From the IMG/VR virus record IMGVR_UViG_3300037883_000041: a stretch of DNA of 10,981 nt. One strand, 5' to 3'. Position 1 is the first letter of the stretch, and each line of letters starts with the position of its first letter. Of the stretch, positions 1-6,454 are shown piece by piece. The position numbers and the translations under genes were made by a program. Source of the DNA: a virus (Duplodnaviria > Heunggongvirae > Uroviricota > Caudoviricetes). Below the pieces are notes generated by a model. The model had not been told where the DNA came from. It ran no database searches and saw only the letters and a program-made list of their open reading frames with translations.

Positions 1-141
1 AGCTTCAAGTGGCGCAACGACTGCTTCGCCGAAGCAATGGAAACGTACAACGACGGAAGCTCCGAAGAAGCACAAGAGAATCCCGTTGAAGTCGACGGCT
101 TTATCGCACAACCCAACTGGATGCAGTGGTCATCCTCTTAA
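1..141 (+). CDS. 3' end of a gene truncated by the window edge; hypothetical protein (SFKWRNDCFAEAMETYNDGSSEEAQENPVEVDGFIAQPNWMQWSSS*)
   Basis: My own translation: frame 1 is open from base 1 to TAA at 139-141. Codon style matches the downstream genes, and the stop lies 16 nt before the next start. Confidence 0.7.
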   Translation, partial: SFKWRNDCFAEAMETYNDGSSEEAQENPVEVDGFIAQPNWMQWSSS

Positions 142-157
142 ATAACTGGAGTCTGTC

Positions 158-2782
158 TTGAAGAAGAAACTCGGACGATTGAGCCTGGAGTCATTTGACC
201 AGGCCCCGACTGGCAACGTCGAACCCACGGCACAGCCGGTCACCCCGCCGCAACCCCTCGTGCCGACGGCAGGCTACAGCGAGACCCCGTTCAGTGGACA
301 AGAGAACTACGCAGCGGAAGAACACGTCGAAGCTGACGTGAAGGAATTCTGGCAGAAGCTGCTCGGCTACTGGAAGCATTACGGGGATGACGAGATCCTC
401 GAAAGCCTGAACCCTGGTGCGAACTCCGGCGAGATCAGTGCGCTGGAATCCGAATTCCACGTTCGGTTGCCGGAAGCCTTCATCGCGTTGCTCAAGCTGG
501 CCAATGGTCAGACTGAAGACAATCATGGCGGCTGGTGCTTTGGTCATCGCGAGTTCCTCGGTACGCAACGTATCATCGAGAAGACGCGCGAGTGGCAAGG
601 ACTGAACCAGCAAGCCTGGGGCATGTATAGTACCGAGTACGCCGACAAGGAAGTGAAGAAGACCGACTGGAGCGACAAGTGGTTGATCTTCGGCTGGTCG
701 GAAGATCACAAACCGTCGTTCCTCGTGCTCGACTTCGATCCGACGCATGAAGGCAAGATGGGTCAAGTGGTGTCGATCGATCTGCGTGAAGGTCGTCGTG
801 TTGTGGTGGCACCGGACTTCCTCACGTGGTTCAAACGCTTCGTGACGCACCTCACGACGCCGAATCACGGGTCGGTGGCTGCAGAAAGCCACGCTAAGCC
901 CCCTTATCCGCTGCGTACGGCGCTCGAAGCTGATGCGATGGTCGTAGACGTGGATGATCTGGACCAGCTCGCTGTAGGGGCTAATAGCCTGTCTTCGTAT
1001 TTGACGGAGTCAGGCGCTGGGATGGCGTTGGAATCGGAAAAGAACCCGAGCGACATCGCCAAGAGCAAGATGCATCTGCGCTTCAAGAAGCTGAAGGACG
1101 GCTTTGTCGACACCTTCCGCTCGGCCGCAGGCATGGCTTCGAAGTACGAGAAGCAGCTCGACGAGCTGGAAGAAGAGTTGCTCAAGGGTCACACACACGG
1201 CCAGATCAAGGTGAACATGTCGCACCTCTGGCAGCACTTCTCCGATGAGAAGGGTCCGATTACGCACAACCTCATCACCAAGGTGAAGGAAGACGTCGCG
1301 TTCTCGACCTACATCCTCACGGTGTTCTCGGAGCAGGCCTACCAGGAACTGGAAAACCTCTCGCGTGCGCTGCACACGGGCCAGGGTACCGATGACGAGC
1401 AGGCTAAGCGTACCGCACTGGACGTCGAGAAGCTGAAGGGTCCGGCTGAGTACATGGATCAGAAGTGGGTCTGTGCAGCAGGCGAGCAACCGTACCTGTC
1501 AGTCACGGGTCTGTCGGTGCAACAAGGCCGTCATCCGCGTCCGGTCGGCATCGAAGGTGTATCGCTCGATCGTCTGGCTTTGCTGGCTACGCCGTACCAC
1601 TTGCGCGAGTATGGTTCGTTCATGCACGGCCTGAAGAAGATGTTCGTGAGCAACTCGACCAAAGAAGTGCACATGGCGGCTGAAGATCTCGCCAAGCTGA
1701 TCGTGATCGGCCGTGAGTACCTGAGCGCTGCCAAGCTCTACCTGGCGATCTACAACAAGGTCTGGCCGATCTTCCGTCGTCTGGACGACAGCCTCGACAT
1801 GATCTGGGATGACTTCGGTCTGACGGATTACGAGATCAACATCGAGGGCAAAGCTGAAGACGGTAGCGAAGACGTCAACATCCAATGGCAGGAATCGGAG
1901 ACGGGCAACGTCAAGCGTCGTCTGGTGGTGTTCGACCAGCTGATGCAAGTGGTGCGCAACTTCTCCGACGCTGTTCTGCAACCGGGCGTGAACGAACTGG
2001 CGCGTGCATTGCGCGCAGCGAAGTTCCATGGCTATCTGGTGGCCGCTGGGATCAAGGCAGCTGAAGGCAAGGGGCAGCACGCAGGTAACGTGGCGCAGGA
2101 GTTGTTTGGCTTTGGTAAGAAGGAAGAACCGAAGCCTGCTGAATACGCGAGCCCGAAGGACAAGGATATTCCGGCACCGCAATGGGACCCGAATCATCCG
2201 CCCTCGATCGCCGAGTCCTGGAAAGCCTACACCGCGTTTCTGAAGCAGGAAGCACCGGAAGCACTCAAGTATATTCGTCCGCTCAAGTCCGACGAAGAAC
2301 TGAAGAAGCTTGTGGCGCTTGTCAAGGAAAGTACTGGTAAGCAGTTCCCGGCAGACCTCATTGCGCTCTGGAAGCTCACCGATGGTCTCGAAGCATCGAG
2401 CAATCATCCGGGGATGTTTGACCACCTGGACTTCCTCACCGTGCACTGGTCGTACGACGCCTATCTGAGTAACCTGGACATGATGGACGACGACTGGGCG
2501 GATAGTGATTCGAAGGTCGGTCAAGGCATGCAGGGTAAGAAGTGGTGGGAACCCTGGTGGATTCCGTTCACTTCCAATGGCGGTGGCGACTCGATGTGTG
2601 TCGACATCAATCCAGGCAGTGGCGGTAAGGCAGGACAAGTGATCGCTTGGTATCACGATGCAAGTGATCGCCGTGTGGTCGCGCCGAGCGTCGCAGCGTA
2701 CTTCGCGCTGAGTGTTCACCGCCTCATGTATCTTCACGGCCACAAGAAGGACTGGGATTCCAAGAACGGTCCTAAAGAGTAA
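158..2782 (+). CDS. Putative jumbo-phage internal head protein fused to two SMI1/KNR4 (SUKH) domains (SUKH - head core - SUKH), 874 aa
   Basis: TTG start with GGAG at 148-151 (6-nt spacer). aa ~60-232 and ~683-856 carry SMI1/KNR4 signatures. aa ~305-635 align by eye with ORF 2850..4283 (RFKKLKDGFVDTFRS/PFKRWKDRLGDLFKS, AKRTALDVEKL/AKRAALEVEKL, PYLSVTGL/PYLGVTGL, ELARALRAAKF/EANRALRGARF). Confidence 0.85.
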   Translation: MKKKLGRLSLESFDQAPTGNVEPTAQPVTPPQPLVPTAGYSETPFSGQENYAAEEHVEADVKEFWQKLLGYWKHYGDDEILESLNPGANSGEISALESEFHVRLPEAFIALLKLANGQTEDNHGGWCFGHREFLGTQRIIEKTREWQGLNQQAWGMYSTEYADKEVKKTDWSDKWLIFGWSEDHKPSFLVLDFDPTHEGKMGQVVSIDLREGRRVVVAPDFLTWFKRFVTHLTTPNHGSVAAESHAKPPYPLRTALEADAMVVDVDDLDQLAVGANSLSSYLTESGAGMALESEKNPSDIAKSKMHLRFKKLKDGFVDTFRSAAGMASKYEKQLDELEEELLKGHTHGQIKVNMSHLWQHFSDEKGPITHNLITKVKEDVAFSTYILTVFSEQAYQELENLSRALHTGQGTDDEQAKRTALDVEKLKGPAEYMDQKWVCAAGEQPYLSVTGLSVQQGRHPRPVGIEGVSLDRLALLATPYHLREYGSFMHGLKKMFVSNSTKEVHMAAEDLAKLIVIGREYLSAAKLYLAIYNKVWPIFRRLDDSLDMIWDDFGLTDYEINIEGKAEDGSEDVNIQWQESETGNVKRRLVVFDQLMQVVRNFSDAVLQPGVNELARALRAAKFHGYLVAAGIKAAEGKGQHAGNVAQELFGFGKKEEPKPAEYASPKDKDIPAPQWDPNHPPSIAESWKAYTAFLKQEAPEALKYIRPLKSDEELKKLVALVKESTGKQFPADLIALWKLTDGLEASSNHPGMFDHLDFLTVHWSYDAYLSNLDMMDDDWADSDSKVGQGMQGKKWWEPWWIPFTSNGGGDSMCVDINPGSGGKAGQVIAWYHDASDRRVVAPSVAAYFALSVHRLMYLHGHKKDWDSKNGPKE
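335..853 (+). other. SMI1/KNR4 (SUKH superfamily) domain 1 within 158..2782
   Basis: LNPGANSGEISALESEFHVRLPEAFIALLKLANGQ ... KWLIFG ... FLVLDFDPTHEGKMGQVV ... VVAPDFLTWF matches the known SMI1/KNR4 pattern (L-x-P-G-A..E-I..LE......LP..F..L....NG; W..F; D.....G.V; vA.sf..w). Confidence 0.85.
1034..2062 (+). other. Head-protein core domain within 158..2782, paralogous to the mature part of 2850..4283
   Basis: At least five collinear conserved blocks are shared with ORF 2850..4283. DNA similarity is also visible: gctaagcgtaccgcactggacgtcgagaagctg (~1403) vs gcgaagcgtgcagcactggaagtcgaaaagctg (~3594). Confidence 0.85.
2204..2725 (+). other. SMI1/KNR4 (SUKH superfamily) domain 2 within 158..2782
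   Basis: FPADLIALWKLTDG ... WWEPWWIPFTSNGGGDSMCVDINPGSGGKAGQVIAWYHDASDRRVVAPSVAAYF is a close match to the C-terminal half of bacterial SMI1/KNR4 proteins (WIPF..dGgG...cvD..P...G..GQVI...hd). Confidence 0.9.
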
Positions 2783-2789
2783 CGTTTGT

Positions 2790-2823
2790 CGGGGTGGAGA
2801 ATATTCTATGGAATTCCACTCCG
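2790..2823 (+). other. Intergenic stem-loop after 158..2782 (possible terminator or processing site) with TATG in the apical loop
   Basis: cggggtgga (2790-2798) pairs with tccactccg (2815-2823) with one G-U pair. An inner attc/gaat stem closes the loop TATG (2807-2810). Confidence 0.45.
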
Positions 2824-2830
2824 ATTAATT

Positions 2831-2844
2831 CCTTTTCGAAAAGG
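2831..2844. promoter_or_regulatory. Perfect 14-bp palindrome CCTTTTCGAAAAGG overlapping the probable Shine-Dalgarno (AAGG 2841-2844) of 2850..4283
   Basis: The sequence equals its own reverse complement and ends 5 nt before the ATG at 2850. Confidence 0.4.
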
Positions 2845-2849
2845 TTATC

Positions 2850-4283
2850 ATGAAAAAGAGTCTGCACCGTATTGCGCTGGAATCCGAGCGCGTTGAAGAA
2901 GTCCGCGTCGAGGAAGAGCGCACGGAAGAGCTGCGCCGCGTCGAATTGTCGGAGCCGGTCACCAACGAACCCGAACTCGCCGAAATCGACCGCGTGGCGG
3001 ATGACGCCGACGGCGAATACGACATGGAGCAACAGGAAGCCGTCGCGATCGAACAGCTGGGTGCTTGGCGCGACCTGCTGGCTCACCAGATCAAGACGAA
3101 GACCGTCTCGATGGAATCGATCGCACTGATCCAGATGGGCGTGCAGCAGATTTACGCGTCGCAAGGCGTGCGCATGCGCACCGTCGCACAAGAAAGCAAC
3201 ATGACGGCAGAAGCCTACGGCACCTACGTCATGGAAAGCATCTTCGGCGCGATCGGCAACAGCATCGTGCTGCCATTCAAGCGTTGGAAGGACCGCCTCG
3301 GCGATCTGTTCAAGTCGCTGCCTGCGCAAGCTGAGAAGTACAAAGGCAAGCTGGAAACGGCTCGTCAAGAACTGCACCAGAAGCCGTTCTCGGGCGCTGC
3401 TGAAATCAACATGCACGAACTGTGGGGCTTCTTCACCACCGGCGAAGGTCAAGCTGTCAAGACACTCGCCGTCCTGCAGAAAGACTTGGCAATGGACAAG
3501 TACGTGCTGGTCGACTACCCGCAACAACTGGGCAAGCTGGTCGCCTCGCTCGCTGGCATCGTGGGCCACGGTGACTTCAACTCGCCGGAAGGCGCGAAGC
3601 GTGCAGCACTGGAAGTCGAAAAGCTGCAGCACCCGGTCGACATGTTCAACCAACAGTTCATCTCGCACGGCAAGAAGCCGTACCTGGGTGTGACGGGTCT
3701 GGACATCAAGGTCGGCGCGAAGCGCAAGGTGCTGTCGATCGACGGTCAAGCGTTCACGAAGCTCGCTGAACTGGCGTCGGTCAAGCGTGTCGACGAATCG
3801 AGCTCGTTCGGTCACAACTTCCTGAACGCGGCCGGTAAGGTCGGCGGCAAGGTGCTCGGCAATGCCGTGAACACCGCCTCGATCGTGCTGTCGAAGAACG
3901 CGAAGATGACCTCGCAAGAACTCGACAAGCTGATCACGTTCGGCGAAGAGTACGTCAACAACGTCGACGCGTACCTGAAGAACAGCCAGCAACTCTGGAA
4001 CAGCCTGCAACAACTGGACCAAGCCATCGAGAAGCATTCGCATGGCAAGCTGCAAGGCGAAGCTGCGGCAGTGTTCATGCAGATCGCTCAGTTCGCGGAC
4101 GTGTGCGTGCAAGCTGCGGGCAACCCGGCTATCCGTGAAGCGAACCGTGCGCTGCGTGGTGCTCGCTTCGTGGCCTACATGGCTCGTCGTGGTATCTTCC
4201 ACGGCAAGAACAGCGGCCAAAGCAACCAAGAAGCACCGGCAGCTCCCGCTGGTGAAGAAGGTGGCGAAGCAGCAGCTGCGTAA
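2850..4283 (+). CDS. Putative phiKZ-like internal head (ejection) protein with cleavable acidic propeptide, 477 aa
   Basis: Very Glu-rich N-terminal region with ALE(9-11), SME(87-89) and AQE(113-115) motifs matching the phiKZ-type prohead protease consensus (S/A/G)-X-E, followed by a helical core. Paralog of the middle of 158..2782. Confidence 0.75.
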   Translation: MKKSLHRIALESERVEEVRVEEERTEELRRVELSEPVTNEPELAEIDRVADDADGEYDMEQQEAVAIEQLGAWRDLLAHQIKTKTVSMESIALIQMGVQQIYASQGVRMRTVAQESNMTAEAYGTYVMESIFGAIGNSIVLPFKRWKDRLGDLFKSLPAQAEKYKGKLETARQELHQKPFSGAAEINMHELWGFFTTGEGQAVKTLAVLQKDLAMDKYVLVDYPQQLGKLVASLAGIVGHGDFNSPEGAKRAALEVEKLQHPVDMFNQQFISHGKKPYLGVTGLDIKVGAKRKVLSIDGQAFTKLAELASVKRVDESSSFGHNFLNAAGKVGGKVLGNAVNTASIVLSKNAKMTSQELDKLITFGEEYVNNVDAYLKNSQQLWNSLQQLDQAIEKHSHGKLQGEAAAVFMQIAQFADVCVQAAGNPAIREANRALRGARFVAYMARRGIFHGKNSGQSNQEAPAAPAGEEGGEAAAA

Positions 4284-4301
4284 GCAGTAACTGTCTAAAT
4301 G

Positions 4302-4325
4302 AGAGGCGGGCTTCGGTCCGCCTCT
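4302..4325 (+). terminator. GC-rich hairpin with C(UUCG)G tetraloop, probable terminator after 2850..4283
   Basis: agaggcgggc-ttcg-gtccgcctct forms a 10-bp stem. One G-U pair works only on the + strand. There is no classical U-tract; TATGCCGTTTA follows. Confidence 0.7.
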
Positions 4326-4387
4326 TATGCCGTTTACTGACTTGCTGAATCTTATAGAACTCCCTCCAATCCTTTATTGGTCCCACT

Positions 4388-5131
4388 ATGAGCCAAGCAG
4401 AACAGTTGACACAGTGGCTCGAGACTGTGTCCGAGAAAGTCCGCAAGAATGTGACGGTCGTAACGCCTGAAGAAGTGGGTCAGGATTACTTCCTCCACAT
4501 GAGCACGGACACGGGAATCAAGAAGTTCATCCCGCACATCGGGCGGCGCCAGGCTTATAGCGAGGACCGTTCGGTACCGCGCATTACTGTGGCCCCGACC
4601 TTGCTGGGATGCTTCATTGGTTACGCGAAGAGTGCGTACGATTTCCAAAACTTGCCTTCGGTAAAGAAAGCCGACGAGAAGGGTTACAAGGGCGGCTGGA
4701 AGATTTACGCCCTGCCCTTTCAAGCGGCTCTGAAACCGACGGCTCGCATGGTGTATGACTCACGGGTCAGTGACGAGCACTGGCTGGTGTCGTACAACCG
4801 GGAAACGAATGAGTACATCCCGGAAACCGCAGGCAAAATGTTCTTCCGTTCCATCCGACTCGTCTCTCGTGCAGGTAACATGCCGGAAGGCGAGATGGAG
4901 CTGTACGCGGAGATCACCAAGCCAGGTGGTGTACGCTTTAGCAAGAACATTCGATTGGATGTGGGCTATCATCGTATCGTGGGGCCCCTTCAGGAACACG
5001 TGAAGGCCTGGACCGATGATAAGGGCTATGTGTCCACACCGATCGATAAGGCTGAGTACTTCTCGGCCAAGAACGCGTCGGCTGACTTGCTCAGCCTGAC
5101 ATCTGGCATCCCTCCCCATCTTCAGTGGTAA
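4388..5131 (+). CDS. Uncharacterised phage protein, possibly ADP-ribosyltransferase-like fold, 247 aa
   Basis: Motif order FLHMST (H37) ... EDRSVPRITVAPTLLGCFIGY ... WKIYALP ... YDSRVSDEHW (E130) resembles the strand/helix order of H-type ART domains. No clear Shine-Dalgarno. The fold is inferred from motif spacing only. Confidence 0.5.
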   Translation: MSQAEQLTQWLETVSEKVRKNVTVVTPEEVGQDYFLHMSTDTGIKKFIPHIGRRQAYSEDRSVPRITVAPTLLGCFIGYAKSAYDFQNLPSVKKADEKGYKGGWKIYALPFQAALKPTARMVYDSRVSDEHWLVSYNRETNEYIPETAGKMFFRSIRLVSRAGNMPEGEMELYAEITKPGGVRFSKNIRLDVGYHRIVGPLQEHVKAWTDDKGYVSTPIDKAEYFSAKNASADLLSLTSGIPPHLQW

Positions 5132-5135
5132 GAAC

Positions 5136-6443
5136 ATGAGATCTTTTAACTGGCGTAGTGCCCTCCAAGGAAGCAATGCTGTCGAAGAATTCCCGCCTCC
5201 TGGCGGTGGCACCTGGAGTCAGACCCAGGCCGAAATCGACGCGGCGAAGAATCGACCGACCGAAGACCAGGATCTCGAAGACACCGCCAAGCCGACCAAG
5301 CAGGCCGGGCAGATCGACGGCGACACTACGACACTCTCGGGTCAAGCCAAGCCTGGTCAGAACCCGGTGCCGGACAAGGAAGACACCCGCGGTGGTGGCG
5401 AGCCGAAGATCAACAGTGCGCCGGTGGATCTGGCCGATGTGGTGCTGACCAACCAGGACCGTCGTGCCTATCAGCCGCTCGTCTCGGACGCAGCCAGCAA
5501 GGACGCGGTCAATGAGCAGAACATCGCTCAGGAGTCAGGTCTCTTCGAGCGCATCAAGGATTCCTTCCAGCATCAGGAAAAGAGCATCCTGGAAGAACGT
5601 GCTGAGGCGAGAGAAAACCTGTCGCGTATCGAAGGCATGAAGACCAAGCTGCAAACGCGGCAAGGTGACGTGCATGAAAAGTCCGATACGATCCGGCTGT
5701 CGGCGTACGCCACGTGGCTGGCGATCGATGGCAAGGTGATGGACACCGAAGCAGATCTCATGCGTGAGCTGGCTCGTCTGCAAGAGTTCAGCCGCTGGTT
5801 CACTTCATCGTACGCCAAGTCGCTCTTTGACACCTACGAGTACATGGCGACGAAGGTGCTCAAGCTCGGTGAATCGAACCTGCCTGAGGCGAAAGCCAAC
5901 CTCGCCAAAGTCTTCGAGATCTACAAGCCCGAAGGCATGGAGAAGTACCTGACCGAAAAGAAGACGGTCGAGGACAAGGGGCAATCGTACACCGACATGG
6001 AATCGCCGATGTTCATGGGTTCCTGGCGAGTCGTAGCCTACGAGCAAGTGAAGACCAATCTGGCCCAAGGTCACGAGCTTACCTTCCGCTGGGAGAAGGC
6101 CAATGACAAGGTCAAGAAGGCTGAGCTGAAGCCCCTCTCCAAGCAGGCCATGCTCAAGGTCGTGGGTCAGCTGGAAGCCATCTCGAACGTCATGGCAGCG
6201 TTCAGTGCAGAGGCTGAGTTCAAGAAGGCCGTGCGTTTTTACGATGCACTCGACGAATTCGCCTACCGCTATCGCTACTTCAAGCAACTCCCCCGTGAAG
6301 AGCAAGCCATGGTTCAGTCGATCTACCAGATTTGCAACATGGTTGCCGAAGGCGTGCGGATGTGGTTTGCTGAGCGCGCCGTGAACCATACCGTCAAAGC
6401 AACGTTGCTGTACGTCGAGAAATCGATGCGCCGCATCAAGTAA
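5136..6443 (+). CDS. Putative phiKZ-like internal head protein with long disordered propeptide, 435 aa
   Basis: A ~130-aa Pro/Gly/Thr/Asp-rich N-terminus ends in AQE(131-133)|SGLFERIKDSF, followed by a helical, Lys/Glu-rich body. Starts 4 nt after the upstream stop. Confidence 0.65.
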   Translation: MRSFNWRSALQGSNAVEEFPPPGGGTWSQTQAEIDAAKNRPTEDQDLEDTAKPTKQAGQIDGDTTTLSGQAKPGQNPVPDKEDTRGGGEPKINSAPVDLADVVLTNQDRRAYQPLVSDAASKDAVNEQNIAQESGLFERIKDSFQHQEKSILEERAEARENLSRIEGMKTKLQTRQGDVHEKSDTIRLSAYATWLAIDGKVMDTEADLMRELARLQEFSRWFTSSYAKSLFDTYEYMATKVLKLGESNLPEAKANLAKVFEIYKPEGMEKYLTEKKTVEDKGQSYTDMESPMFMGSWRVVAYEQVKTNLAQGHELTFRWEKANDKVKKAELKPLSKQAMLKVVGQLEAISNVMAAFSAEAEFKKAVRFYDALDEFAYRYRYFKQLPREEQAMVQSIYQICNMVAEGVRMWFAERAVNHTVKATLLYVEKSMRRIK

Positions 6444-6454
6444 AGGAGTTACCC

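Noticed and set aside
440-448. ALE(95-97) in 158..2782 as a protease site
   Set aside because: It is part of the conserved SUKH helix (EIxxLExxxxxxLP), so the match to the protease consensus is probably coincidental and structurally protected.
158-2782. Annotation as a cell-wall/glucan-synthesis regulator (yeast Smi1/Knr4 name), or as a bacterial toxin-immunity locus
   Set aside because: The yeast-derived name is not informative here. No toxin, secretion or Rhs/CDI gene is adjacent, and the neighbours look like phage head proteins.
2772-4229. 485-aa ORF on the - strand, and similar long antisense ORFs at 191..892, 1499..2743, 5805..6389 and 6740..7597
   Set aside because: They lie antiparallel to well-supported + strand genes with RBSs and protein motifs. 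Their translations are Arg/Leu/Val/His-skewed with no motifs, as expected for shadow ORFs of GC-rich, codon-biased genes.
4330-4387. Sigma70-like promoter (TATAGA at 4353-4358) upstream of 4388
   Set aside because: No acceptable -35 at 16-18 nt and no extended -10 TG.
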